This document shows, in pieces, positions 1 through 12,483 of a stretch of 64,000 nt of DNA. The notes beneath the pieces are model-generated. The model was given only the letters and a program-made list of their open reading frames with translations, was not told the origin of the DNA and did not search any database. The translations under genes were made by a program, and so were the position numbers. Source of the stretch: Macrostomum lignano (lineage: Eukaryota); assembly GCA_002269645.1 (NCBI GenBank), contig NIVC01002779.1, forward strand, positions 62,001 to 126,000, in the 5' to 3' direction. Every line of letters begins with the position of its first letter. Positions within the stretch are counted from its first letter, which is position 1.

Positions 1-1830
1 CCTCCATCTCTAGTCAGCCTCCATCTCTAGTCAGCCTCCATCTCTAATCAGCCTCCATCTCTAGTCAGCCTCCATCTCTAGTCAGCCTCCATCTCTAGTC
101 AGTCACAGAGGGCTCCATCTCTAGTCAGTCACAGAGGGCCTCCATCTCGAGTCAACCTCCATCTCTAGTCATTCGCAGAGGGCCTCCATCTCTAGTCAGC
201 CTCCATCTCTAGTCAGTCACAGAGGGCTCCATCTCTAGTCAGCCTCCATCTCTAGTCAGCCTCCATCTCTAGTCAGCCTCCATCTCTAGTCAGTCACAGA
301 GGGCTCCATCTCTAGTCAGTCACAGAGGGCCTCCATCTCGAGTCAACCTCCATCTCTAGTCAGCCTCCATCTCTAGTCAGCCTCCATCTCTAATCAGCCT
401 CCATCTCTAGTCAGCCTCCATCTCTAGTCAGCCTCCATCTCTAGTCAGTCACAGAGGGCCTCCATCTCGAGTCAACCTCCATCTCTAGTCAGCCTCCATC
501 TCTAATCAGCCTCCATCTCTAATCAGCCTCCATCTCTAGTCAGTCACAGAGGGCTCCATCTCTAGTCAGTCACAGAGGGCTCCATCTCTAGTCAGCCTCC
601 ATCTCTAGTCAGTCACAGAGGGCTCCATCTCTAGTCAGTCACAGAGGGCTCCATCTCTAGTCAGTCACAGAGGGCTCCATCTCTAGTCAGCCTCCATCTC
701 TAGTCAGCCTCCATCTCTAGTCAGCCTCCATCTCTAGTCAGCCTCCATCTCTAGTCAGTCACAGAGGGCTCCATCTCTAGTCAGTCACAGAGGGCCTCCA
801 TCTCGAGTCAACCTCCATCTCTAGTCAGCCTCCATCTCTAGTCAGCGTCCATCTCTAGTCAGCGTCCATCTCTAGTCAGCCTCCATCTCTAGTCAGCCTC
901 CATCTCTAGTCAGTCACAGAGGGCTCCATCTCTAGTCAGTCACAGAGGGCCTCCATCTCTAGTCAGCCTCCATCTCTAGTCAGCCTCCATCTCTAGTCAG
1001 TCACAGAGGGCTCCATCTCTAGTCAGTCACAGAGGGCCTCCATCTCGAGTCAACCTCCATCTCTAGTCAGCCTCCATCTCTAGTCAGCCTCCATCTCTAG
1101 TCAGCCTCCATCTCTAGTCAGTCACAGAGGGCCTCCATCTCGAGTCAACCTCCATCTCTAGTCAGCCTCCATCTCTAATCAGCCTCCATCTCTAATCAGC
1201 CTCCATCTCTAGTCAGTCACAGAGGGCTCCATCTCGAGTCAACCTCCATCTCTAGTCATTCGCAGAGGGCCTCCATCTCTAGTCAGCCTCCATCTCTAGT
1301 CAGTCACAGAGGGCCTCCATCTCTAGTCAGTCACAGAGGCCTCCATCTCTAGTCATTCGCAGAGGGCCTCCATCTCTAGTCAGCCTCCATCTCTAGTCAG
1401 TCACAGAGGGCCTCCATCTCTAGTCAGTCACAGAGGCCTCCATCTCTAGTCAGCCTCCATCTCTAGTCAGCCTCCATCTCTAGTCAGCCTCCATCTCTAG
1501 TCAGCCTCCATCTCTAGTCAGACTCCATATCTAGTCAGACTCCATCTCTAGTCAGACTCCATCTCTAGTCAGCCTCCATCTCTAGTCAGCCTCCATCTCT
1601 AGTCAGCCTCCATCTCTAGTCAGCCTCCATCTCTAGTCAGCCTCCATCTCTAGTCAGCCTCCATCTCTAGTCAGGCTCCATCTCTAGTCATTCGCAGAGG
1701 GCCTCCATCTCTAGTCAGTCACAGAGGGCTCCATCTCTAGTCAGTCACAGAGGGCTCCATCTCTAGTCAGTCACAGAGGGCTCCATCTCTAGTCAGTCAC
1801 AGAGGGCCTCCATTTCTAGTCATTCGCTGA
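1..1830. repeat. Intronic minisatellite, 17-bp unit CCTCCATCTCTAGTCAG interspersed with a ~26-bp variant carrying TCACAGAGGG
   Basis: Direct tandem repetition from base 1 to ~1830, ending upstream of the first visible ELAV-like exon. Confidence 0.95.
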
Positions 1831-1881
1831 GTTCCCCCTCTGCTCACCCAGTGAGTGCGGAGTCTGCGGACACCTCATCAG

Positions 1882-4800
1882 TCCCAAGTGCACCTGTCCA
1901 TATCACACCCAAACGCACTGGCAGGCAAGCTGTACGTGGCCGGCTTCCCAGCCTACTGGAACGACAACGAGCTGATGGCGGCATTCAAGCCCTACGGCCG
2001 TATCCTGAGCTCGCGGGTGCTCATCGACCCCAGCACTGGCTTGTCCAAGTGCTCCGGTTTTGTGAACTTTGAAAGCTACCACTGCGCCGAGGAAGCCGCA
2101 AAAGAGCTGCAGGGCAAAGAGTTTGATAAACACGTCATCAAGATTCAGCTGCACAAGCCTGGCGGCGGCGAAGGCATGGGCGCTGGTCAGAGCGTCGGTC
2201 TTGGTGCCAGCGGCGGCCAAAGTAGCGGCCAGGGCGGACACGCGGAGGAGAATCCGGCAGACTGCAACCTGATGGTGAACTTCCTGCCGGCCGCATTCAC
2301 AGACGAGGATCTGCGCGACCTGTTTGAAACCATTGGCCAGCTGCGCAGCTCGAAAATTGTTCGCACGCCTGAGGGCGAGTCCAAGTGCTTCGGCTTTGTC
2401 ACTTATGTGGCACCGCAGGACGCGGCTAAAGCATCTATTGAGCTTACTGGCCGCCTGATTCAGGGCAAGAAGCTCAAGGTGCAATTTGCTAAGCCGGAGA
2501 TTGCCGAGAATGGCAAGCTGTATATTGGTGAGTAAGATTAGTCAACCATATATTTACTATTTGTGTAGTTTTCTGTGTGGCTGTTTTGAGGCCTGTAGGC
2601 GCATTCAGTGGCATATCTACCGGCTTGTGGGAGGTATTTAGTAGCTTATGGGGGTATTTAGTAGCTTATGGGGTCTTTAGTAGCGTATGGGGTATTTAGT
2701 AGCTTATGGGGTATTTAGTAGCCTTTGGAGGTATTTACGTCGTAGTAGCTTCTGGGTATTCAGTAGTTTATGGGGTATTTAGTAGCTTTTGGAGATATTT
2801 AGTAGCTTATGGGGTATTTGGTAGCTTATGGGGTATTTAGTAGCTTATTGGGTATTTATTGTCTTATGGGGTATTTAGTGGTTTATGGGGTATTTAGTGG
2901 CTTATGGGGTATTTAGTAGCTGATAGGATATTTAATGGATTAAGGGGGTATTTAGTTGGACATCAGCATCCTTTTATTAGTCTCATTAGTAATATTTAGA
3001 AATCCATATTTAGCTGGCCTTGTTTCTCGTAGTTTGAAAGCATATCTATTTGCTACTCCAGGATTTTTTTGTTTCTTTGGCAGGCAACCTGCCAGAGGGC
3101 TACGCGCAGTCGGACCTGGACAAGCTATTCGACAGCTACGGCCCGCTGAAAGAGTCCAAGCTGCTCATGGACAAGAGGACCGGCAAGTCCAAGGGCTGCG
3201 GATTCATTGAACTGTGCAGCGGTCCCCTAGCAGACATGGCCATCGCCCAGCTCAACGGCCTCCAGCTTGATGGCGCTCCGCAGCCGCTGAAAGTGCACCG
3301 GCCGCTGCCTCCGAAGGGCGCCCTGCTGCTTGGCGGCCAAGTTGGCGCGGCCGGGGTCAGCCCTGTCAATCAGCTGACTGTGAAGCACGAGTTGCTACCT
3401 GCCCATATCCGGCCGTTCGGCGTCGCCGCGGGCCTGCACCCCACCGACGGCCTTCTGTCGCCGCCGAACAAAAAGCGCAGGACTGACACCGCCGAGGAGG
3501 CGCTGACCGCCGCCGTGGCCGCGGTGAGAGGCCGCTGGCCTTGCTGTGCTGCACTGCCCACTAAATCCCTGCAGCGCAGTCTTTAATACCCTTCCCCCTT
3601 TAATACCAATCAGTCCATCAAATCCCGGGTCATTCAGTTCATCAAATCCCGGGTCATTCAGTTCATCAAATCCCGGGTCATTCAGTTCATCAAATCCCGG
3701 GTCATTCAGTTCATCAAATCCCGGGTCATTCAGTTCATCAAATCCCGGGTCATTCAGTCCATCAAATCCCGGGTCATTCAGTTCACCAAATCCCGGGTCA
3801 TTCAGTTCATCAAATCCCGGGTCATTCAGTCCATCAAATCCCGGGTCATTCAGTCCATCAAATCCCGGGTCATTCAGTCCGAATCCCGGGTCATTCAGTC
3901 CATCAAATCCCGGGTCATTCAGTCCATCAAATCCCGGGTCATTCAGTCCATCAAATCCCGGGTCATTCAGTCCATCAAATCCCGGGTCATTCAGTTCATC
4001 AAATCCCGGGTCATTCGGTTCATCAAATCCCGGGTCATTCAGTCCATCAAATCCCGGGTCATTCAGTCCAAATCCCGGGTCATTCAGTTCAAATCCCGGG
4101 TCATTCAGTTCATTAAATCCCGGGTCATTCAGTCCATCAAATCCCGGTTCATTCAGTTTATTAAATCCCGGGTCATTCAGTTCATCAAATCCCGGGTCAT
4201 TCAGTTTATTAAATCCCGGGTCATTCAGTCCATCAAATCCCGGGTCATTCAGTCCAAATCCCGGGTCATTCAGTCCATCAAATCCCGGGTCATTCAGTTT
4301 ATGAAATCCCGGGTCATTCAGTCCATCAAATCCCGGGTCATTCAGTCCAAATCCCGGGTCATTCAGTCCATCAAATCCCGGTTCATTCAGTTTATTAAAT
4401 CCCGGGTCATTCAGTTCATCAAATCCCGGGTCATTCAGTTTATTAAATCCCGGGTCATTCAGTCCATCAAATCCCGGGTCATTCAGTCCAAATCCCGGGT
4501 CATTCAGTCCATCAAATCCCGGGTCATTCAGTTTATGAAATCCCGGGTCATTCAGTCCATCAAATCCCGGGTCATTCAGTCCAAATCCCGGGTCATTCAG
4601 TCCATCAAATCCCGGGTCATTCAGTCCAAATCCCGCGTCATTCAGTCCAAATCCCGGGTCATTCAGTCCAAATCCCGGGTCATTTAGTCCAAATCCCGGG
4701 TCATTCAGTCCAAATCCCGGGTCATTCAGTCCAAATCCCGGGTCATTCAGTTCATCAAATCCCGGGTCATTCAGTCCATTAAATCCCGGGTCATTCAGTC

Positions 4801-5311
4801 CATTCGAACCCACCCGCAGCACCAGCAGCAGCCAAAGCAGGACAAGGGCGAGTTCCCCCTGTTTGTGTACGGTCTCGGTGACGCGGCCCAAGACATCGAC
4901 CTGTGGGAGCTGTTCGGCCCCCATGGCGCTGTCAAGTCTGTGAAGGTGATCCGAGATGCGGCCACGCAGAAGCCGAGAGGCTACGGATTTGTCACCATGC
5001 TCAGGTGAGACCGGCGTCTTTTGTTCGCACTGCGAAAGTTAAATCTTGGTATAGACAGTATAGAAACTCTTATTATTGTAGAGCGACTCTGAAATCTTCC
5101 CAACCCACTCAGAAATCTCCCCAACCCACTCAGAAATCTCCCCAACCCACTCAGAAATCTCCCCAACCCACTCAGAAATCTTCCCCAAACCCACCCAGAA
5201 ATATTTCCCCAACCCACTAAAAATGCCAGGTACTCAGAGGCGGTGGAAGCCGTCAAGAAGGTCAACGGTCACCTGCTAGGGGAGAAGCGGCTGCAGGTGC
5301 GATTCAAGTGA
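1882..5311 (+). CDS. ELAV/Hu-like multi-RRM RNA-binding protein, 3' part (5' exons lie upstream of the window)
   Basis: Exons ~1882-2527 (acceptor uncertain), 3084-3523, 4820-5004, 5230-5311 (TGA). GT-AG introns with matching phases (YIG|NLP, MLR|YSE). Four RRMs: KLYVAGFP/CSGFVNF, NLMVNFLP/CFGFVTY, KLYIGNLP/GCGFIEL, LFVYGLG/RGYGFVTM. The last reads LWELFGPHGAVKSVKVIRD...NGHLLGEKRLQVRFK*, typical of ELAV RRM3. Confidence 0.9.
2630..2945. repeat. Intronic ~20-bp minisatellite (TTTAGTAGCTTATGGGGTAT)
   Basis: Degenerate tandem copies inside ELAV intron 2528-3083. Confidence 0.9.
3612..4803. repeat. Intronic 24-bp minisatellite (CATCAAATCCCGGGTCATTCAGTY) with 21-bp deletion variants
   Basis: Fills ELAV intron 3524-4819; source of the spurious LNDPGF and SNPGSF ORFs. 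Confidence 0.95.
5094..5218. repeat. Intronic 21-bp repeat (CCCCAACCCACTCAGAAATCT)
   Basis: About 5-6 copies in ELAV intron 5005-5229. Confidence 0.9.
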
Positions 5312-6303
5312 TGGGGGAGACAGCTGTCGTAGCTGAAGAGGATTGGAATCTGCCGAGTTTTCGAGGTTCGCGTGCAATTTAAAGAAAATCATCTTTCTTT
5401 TTTGAGTTACGAATCGTTTGAAAAGCGAACGAATTATAATAGTATGAATTTGTTGCTTGCTTGTAATCGGAATTCTTTCGCTTTGTTTTATTTTTGTCCT
5501 TCTCATGATTATCAGGAGGGAATCCAGGGTGACAGCTTGGCACAGGGAGTGTACATGGCTGACGTTTATGAAGTCAAAGGCTGCTGTACACCCTGTGTGA
5601 GCTGTGTGTTTGAGTTCGTGCCTGGGTGTACAGCAGTGACAGCGCTTGCGTGTGCTCAGGAGTCAGTGGAACGGGTAGAATTGCCTCAGTGCTGGTTGTG
5701 GGTTGATGTCGCCGAATTGTGCTGATTAGATAACGAGGCTATTTAAATTGCTCTTGCTGTTTACCCACAATTTTTTTAACCAAGAATTTAAATGGCTGAC
5801 AGTGTTCTGTGACTGTGAGGAAACTTGGCGCTCCTACTTATACTAGCAGGACTCTAAGATTAGTAAACATCCTCTTAGGGTATTTGTCTGCTTTCAAGCA
5901 TCTTGAGGATTCTTGCACTCAAATCAATCAATCAGTGATCTCTGTGCACCGCATCTGCCCCATCCTCTGCCATATATAAATGTAAATTCAGTTTTAGTTT
6001 TTTGAGTTGTTTTTAAATAAATATTAAGATTTTATTAAGATTTATACTTACATATTCGCTGTTCTATTTGATAAATTTGCTGAGGGGCAAATTTGCTTTA
6101 TTTATTAACTGTTATCTTATTTGACTGCGTTCACTTATTATCTTTTTCTTATTAAATAACTTAATATTAGTTACAATCTATAATTTTTTTGTAGAATTTG
6201 TTTTCATATTGTTTAAGTTCGCATACTACTATATTACTTTTGTGGTAAACTTTTTTATCATTATTTTTCCCTTGCTTTATTATTTATTCGTATTCCTCAC
6301 TTA

Positions 6304-6605
6304 AGCCTGGCCATAGGCTACAGAGATGTATGTATTTGGCTTGGCCATAGACTAGAGAATTGTATTTTTAGCTGGGCCATAGCTCTACAGAGATGTATTT
6401 TAGCTGGCTTATAGATTTCAGAAATGTATTTATTTGGCCTGGCCATAGACTACAGAAATGTATTTATTTGGCCTGGCCATAGACTACTACAGAAATGTAT
6501 TTATTTGGCCTGGCCATAGACTACAGAAATGTATTTATTTGGCCTGGCCATAGACTACAGAAATGTATTTATTTGGCCTGGCCATAGACTACAGAAACAT
6601 ATTTA
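6304..6605. repeat. ~34-bp minisatellite (TGGCCTGGCCATAGACTACAGAAATGTATTTATT)
   Basis: Tandem copies visible downstream of the ELAV-like gene. Confidence 0.85.
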
Positions 6606-7031
6606 TTTGGCGAAGTGAGGAATAAATACATTATTCCCCCGCTTGTTTCACTTATTCGTGGCTGCGAAGGGCTCCGGCCACTCTAGTCCTCAGCCGTTCT
6701 CGGCCGCAATAAAAGAAACCAGTGGGGTTTAACTTATAATTATCGAACATCTGTAAAGCCATTTATTTCTAAAGTGAGTCAGTGAGTGGCACTGCTTGGT
6801 TATATTTTCGTTTCACTAATTATTATCAAACAGTTATCCTTTACGTGCGTTTTTATTGTTGCAAGTTTTTTCGATCAAAATATATATAAATTTTAGTTAC
6901 ACATTATATTACTGTTATCAACCAGTTATTAAGCTGATATTACGATTATAAAGTTATTCATCTTTTTATGAATTCTTTATTAAATTATAAAAAACAATGA
7001 ACTCCTAAGTAATCAACAATTCAAATTTTTA

Positions 7032-7542
7032 GTAGCGATTTCATTGCTGAGTTGCTAAGTGGGGATTTCATTGCTGAGTTGCTGAGTGGGGATTTCATTG
7101 CTGAGTTGCTGAGTGGGGATTTCATTGCTGAGTTGCTAAGTGGGGATTTCGTTGCTGAGTGGGGATTTCATTGCTGAGTTGCTAAGTGGGGATTTCGTTG
7201 CTGAGTGGGGATTTCATTGCTGAGTTGCTAAGTGGGGATTTCATTGCTGGGTTGCTGAGTGGGGATTTCATTGCTGAGTTGCTGAGTGGGGATTTCATTG
7301 CTGAGTTGCTAAGTGGGGATTTCGTTGCTGAGTGGGGATTTCATTGCTGAGTTGCTGAGTTCGGATTTCATTGCTGAATTGCTGAGTGGGGATTTCATTG
7401 CTCAGTTGCTGAGTGGGGATTTCATTGCTGGGTTGCTGAGTGGGGATTTCATTGCTCAGTTGCTGAGTGGGGATTTCATTGCTGAGTTGCTGAGTGGGGA
7501 TTTCATTGCTGGGTTGCTGAGTAGGGATTTCATTGCTGATTA
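7032..7542. repeat. 27-bp minisatellite (GGGGATTTCATTGCTGAGTTGCTGAGT)
   Basis: Direct tandem copies; source of the LLSGDFIAE ORF. Confidence 0.9.
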
Positions 7543-8116
7543 GTACTACGTCTTATTAATTAGTACTACTTCTGTATTTTTCGGGTGGGCATTTTTGTGA
7601 CTTACCTTGTGTGGACTCGGCCGAGTGTTGCGCATGTGGGACCCTAAATATCAAAACCAAATTCTTAATGTTTCTTCTCATAACTTCGGAAAATTTGAAG
7701 TTTTTGATGCACGGAGAGGTTAATTATCGCATTTATTTTTAATCGATTGCTACCTGTTAAGTATGACCTAGTTTAAGCTACTAATAGTAGGCGGACTCAG
7801 ATCATTTAGAGTTGTTTTGATTTAATAAAAACTATTGTCAACATATCTAGTCTTCCTGTATCCAGTGTTACTTAATGAACAAACTTTTGACCTTTCTAAC
7901 CCATTTTACATGGTCCATTGTGTGCTAAAGCATTTCGCCATTGTACAGAAATATAAGCGTTAGTCCATAGTTTTTCCAGTTTTTACTGATCAGCCTGAAT
8001 CCGTTCGTCTGCGAATTATGGATGGCATTATAATTCGGTGTGAGTTGCGTTCAGCTTGACTTGGGAATCGAATAAATCTTCAAATACTGCAATTAATTCA
8101 ATTGAGTTTGAAGTAT

Positions 8117-8605
8117 CTTCGCTAGGCCCATCTCAGATCCCAAATCTTCGCTAGTCCCATCCCTGATCCCAAATCTTCGCTAGTCCCATTCCTGATCCCA
8201 AATCTTCGCTAGTCCAATCTCTGATCCCAAATCTTCGCTAGTCCCATCTCTGATCCCAAATCTTCGCTAATCCCATCCCTGATCCAAAATCTTCGCTAAT
8301 CCCATCCCTGATCCCAAAAATGGACGCTAATCCCATTCCTGATCACAATTCTTCACTTATCTTATCTCTGATCTCAATCCTTCACTAATCCCATCCCTGA
8401 TCCCATCCTTGATCCTAAAACGTTTCGCTAATCCCATCTTGACCAAAACTATGTCCCTAATCTCATCCCTGATTAAAATTCTTCACTAACCTTATCTCTG
8501 ATCTCAATTCTTCACTAATTCCATCCTTGATCCTAAAACGTGTCGCTTATTATCCTATCTATAATCGCAAATCTTCAGTAATCCCATCCCTGATCCAAAA
8601 TCCCA
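8117..8605. repeat. Degenerate ~29-bp minisatellite (ATCCCAAATCTTCGCTAGTCCCATCCCTG)
   Basis: Tandem copies that decay toward the 3' end. Confidence 0.8.
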
Positions 8606-9124
8606 AATGACGCATTCAATTCCAAAATTCTGAAATCTGCAAAGCTAGCCTAAATAATCCTATAAACTTGTGTAAAGTTATAGAGAACGGTCACACCATA
8701 CACTGATAGTGCAGTGCACTATCAGTCAAATTTGAGTATGCATGCAGCAGCTTGAAGCCAATAAAGCATTTACCATGCCGCTGCAGACTCGAACCCTGCG
8801 CACAGCTAAGGCCTCGGCCAGTCATGCGCACTTATCAAACATCGGATCCTCTCTAGTAATAGTGCATTTCTGCTGCTGCAATAGAGCCTGCGCGGGAAGG
8901 GTTCCGGGAATTCGATTGGGGAATTTGATTTTTAGTCCTCACCCCTGCACCGTCGGCAGTGCGTGATCGATGATTCTACAGTCAGCGGGTGGCGCGACGG
9001 TCCGGCATTCCGACAGGCCGAATGCAAATCCGCTTTTTTCTGCTCGATTTCTCTTCCCCTGCCTCATTACAGCCCTGCTGTGCCCGTGCTGCCTGCAGGC
9101 TGCTCACTGCGGTATCACTCTCCT

Positions 9125-9440
9125 AGCCTCTCATGCACTCTCACTCATTCACTCACTCACTCATTCACTCACTCATTCACTCACTCACTCACTCACTCAC
9201 TCACTCACTCATTCACTCACTCACTCATTCACTCACTCACTCATTCACTCACTCACTCATTCACTCACTCACTCATTCACTCACTCATTCACTCACTCAC
9301 TCACTCACTCACTCACTCACTCATTCACTCACTCACTCATTCACTCACTCACTCATTCACCCACCCTCTCACTCCCTCACTCACTCATTTATTCATTCAC
9401 TCACTCACTCGCTCACTTATTCACTCACTCTCTCACTCAC
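9125..9440. repeat. (CACT)n/(CATT)n microsatellite
   Basis: Direct; source of the THSL ORFs. Confidence 0.95.
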
Positions 9441-9905
9441 CATTCTTGGTATACGGGATTGTTCTTCTGCACTGTTTTGTATTCTCAGAATGTTTCGCCA
9501 TGTTTTGCACCGGACCAATCTCATGCCAAAATAATAATTACTATAAACATTCCGATCGGGCAAAGAAATACGTTTTTTGCATCCGAAATCTCGGTCTCGC
9601 CGATCCGATCTGGAATGGGCCCAGCCGGAATTTGCATACGGCGGCCCTCAATAGAGGAAAAATGAGGCCAACAGCACGAGGGATTGTAGATGGAGGAATA
9701 CGTACAGGCTCGAGTGCTCTTGGGAATCGGTGCATGCTAATTGGCCTCCAGGCCATCGCGTCTGTCCCGTCAGTGCTCAGTAGACAGCTGGTGTTTTATA
9801 TTATTCCCAAGTAGCTGCGCCCAACTCTGGACTGTGATTTATCTCCTAGCCCAAGAATGCTTCTAAAATGAAACACCTTAACACTTTTCATGAGGGGCAT
9901 TTCAT

Positions 9906-10505
9906 TTGACTGGGCGCCAGTTCTAGAGGCGCCAGTTCTAGAGGCGCCAGTTCTAGAGGCTCCAGTTCTAGTGGTGCCAGTTCTAGAGGCGCCAGTTCTA
10001 TAGAGGCGCCAGTTCTAGAAGCGCCAGTTCTATAGGGGCGCCAGCACCAGAGGCGCGCCAGTTCTAGAGGCGCCAGTTCTATAGAGGCGCCAGTTCTATT
10101 GACGCCAGTTCTAGTGGTGCCAGTTCTAGAGGCGCCAGTTCTATAGAGGCGCCAGTTCTATAGAGGCGCCAGTTCTAGAAGCGCCAGTTTTATAGGGGCG
10201 CCAGCACCAGAGGCGCGCCAGTTCTAGAGGCGCCAGTTCTATAGGGGCGCCAGCACCAGAGGCGCGCCAGTTCTAGAGGCGCCAGTTCTATAGGGGCGCC
10301 AGCACCAGAGGCGCGCCAGTTCTAGAGGCGCCAGTTCTATAGGGGCGCCAGTACCAGAGGCGCGCCAGTTTTAGAGGCGCCAGTTCTATAGGGGCGCCAG
10401 CACCAGAGGCGCGCCAGTTTTAGAGGCGCCAGTTCTATAGGGGCGCCAGCACCAGAGGCGCGCCAGTTCTAGAGGCACCATAACCAGAGACGCCAGCACC
10501 AGGGG
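9906..10505. repeat. GC-rich minisatellite built on GGCGCCAGTTCTA(TA)GA and GGCGCCAGCACCAGA units
   Basis: Direct tandem copies, beginning at TTGACTGGGCGCC. Confidence 0.9.
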
Positions 10506-11232
10506 CTCATACTGTCGATCAGGCTCAAATTGAATCACACCTTTTAGTTGAGGAACATCCCCACGGCCTACTGCTATAAATATCCGACCAATTTAGGCTA
10601 TCTAAGCAGTCGGAGTTGAAGAATGCAGCGGCAGAGGAGAGCTGCAAGTTGGATGGGCGCGCCGTGCACTCGCGCGGCACAAGCAGGCCGGTGCTCCATC
10701 GACCCAGCCAATGCCAGCTTGGCAGAATCTGCTTCCCCACAAGCCTTCTGTCCTGAAGTGCGCTCAATCTCTTCTTCCTTCCCGCTTCTCTGTCTCGTCT
10801 CTTGTGTCTCCCCCTGCCCCAGTCTGTCCGCTGTCTCTCCCTTGACCCCTAGATAAGCAGCCGGGTGCATGAGTGATGGCTCGAGTGCGACTAGAGGATC
10901 TTCTTATTCTAGCGCGCACACACAAACACAAATATATATATATATATAGCTAGCTATATAGAACAGGGAGATTTCCTGTTTCCGCTATCCTCTTTTCCTA
11001 TTCCAGCAGTCAGCACTGGCTGTGCTGTTGGACCTCCGGTAGCCCTAGCAGTGCAACAGCGCTCCCAGCTCCGCTTCCTGTCCCTATTCGGACTGTGCCG
11101 TCATCTCTGCACGCAGCTTTGGTTGGCCTCTATATAGCTACTCGTAGCTAGCGGGCTGTAGATATAGCTGTGAGATAGTTCAAGCCAGACAGCAGGGCCA
11201 AGAATCTGCTGACCCAGCTCCGCCTGTCAATC

Positions 11233-11778
11233 ATGCTCATATGGCCAATCCATCTGGGCATCGCTCTGCTGTTCATAGCTCTGCTGGTTGTGTCGTTTGT
11301 CTGCTACCACTGCCGCCACCGGCGCAGCCGCTGCGAGCGGGCCGCCCAGCTGGCCCGGGGTTTTCAGCGCCGAACCCTTCGCCAGCAGGGCAGCACGGCT
11401 GGGCAGCAGCCGGCCCATCACCATCATCGTCACGAGCTCGTGCTGGACATGGGATCATCTGGCTTCGAGTTTGGCGGCGGCGGCGGCGGCGTTAGCGGCG
11501 GTGGCGGCGGTGGCATCGGAGGCGGTGGCGGCATCGGCGGCGGTGGCGGCGGCCTAGACCGGGACTGCACCTACTCCTCAGCCTCTAGGCACCATCATCA
11601 CCATCGGAGAGGCGGTGGCGGCGGGGGTGGCGGCGGAGGCGGCGGCCAACAGATGGGCGCCGGCGGAACGGGCGGTGGCGCAGGCGGGGGAGGCGGCATC
11701 GGCAGCAGCAGCGGCGGCGGCGTCAATCTTATTTTCGGCCACTTTGGCGCGGGCCGAGCATCAAGACCGGATGGCTGA
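11233..11778 (+). CDS. Candidate orphan single-pass membrane protein (N-terminal TM helix, CxxC, basic cluster, Gly/His-rich tail), 181 aa
   Basis: True ATG. Hydrophobic run IHLGIALLFIALLVVSFV followed by CYHC and RHRRSR; GC-rich codons like the other exons here. No family recognised, and it may be one exon of a larger gene. Confidence 0.55.
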   Translation: MLIWPIHLGIALLFIALLVVSFVCYHCRHRRSRCERAAQLARGFQRRTLRQQGSTAGQQPAHHHHRHELVLDMGSSGFEFGGGGGGVSGGGGGGIGGGGGIGGGGGGLDRDCTYSSASRHHHHHRRGGGGGGGGGGGGQQMGAGGTGGGAGGGGGIGSSSGGGVNLIFGHFGAGRASRPDG

Positions 11779-11966
11779 CCGCTCTGATATTAGTGATTGT
11801 CAGACTGCTTTAATCTCTGGGATTTCACCATCCGAATCACCGTAATTTATTAACATTCTGATGATGTACAGTTTTCAAGGTGCGATGCAACTGCCAAAAT
11901 ATATTCTGTTACGTAATATTGTGCACAAGCTGCGTGTGTTTATGTCTAGATAATCTACTAAATAGC

Positions 11967-12045
11967 ATTGACTGGGCGCCTGCACCAGGGGGCGCCAGCA
12001 CCAGGGGGCGCCAGCACCAGGGGCGCCAGCACCAGGGGGCGCCTG
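11967..12045. repeat. Short GGGGCGCCAGCACCA array related to 9906-10505
   Basis: Also begins TTGACTGGGCGCC and shares the GGCGCCAGCACCAG unit. Confidence 0.8.
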
Positions 12046-12483
12046 CTCAAGCACATGGTTAGCACACGGAGCAGCTCAGTGGTGAACGCGTTCAAATGTC
12101 GTGCCCTAAAGTTACCGGGTTCCTGCCTACGCATCTCCGTGTGCGAGAGCGCGCTCAGTGGTCAGCAGAATTTGCTTGCCTGCTTGCTGGTTGGCTGCGG
12201 GCTAAAGGTAGCCTTGATTTGGCATGGTGCCTTCATGCCCGCTGCAAACTACTAGTAGCTAAACTAAACTCCAAGCACAGCGCGATGCAATTTTCTTCTC
12301 TCGTCTCTGAATTTCTTACTCTCTTGACTGTCCACCTCGAGCCCCGTGGAACATCCTCTGCCTCCCTGCACCTGCTGAATGTACATTGAAATGCACGTAG
12401 GAGTTCGCATTGATCTGTTAATCAGCTCTCTGTATTTCAATCCCCAGTCATGACAGCCTAAAGTACAGTTAAGTTACTCCTTA

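Noticed and set aside
1851-2072. ORF MSAESADT... and the in-frame TGA at 1852-1854 ahead of the RRM frame (possible readthrough or selenocysteine)
   Set aside because: GTG-started overlapping frame with no domain. The TGA is most simply intronic, with the real acceptor further downstream (e.g. CATCAG at 1881).
3395-4924. 509-aa LNDPGF-repeat ORF and its overlapping antisense ORFs
   Set aside because: Translation of an intronic 24/21-bp minisatellite whose unit lengths are multiples of 3; it lies within a well-supported ELAV intron.
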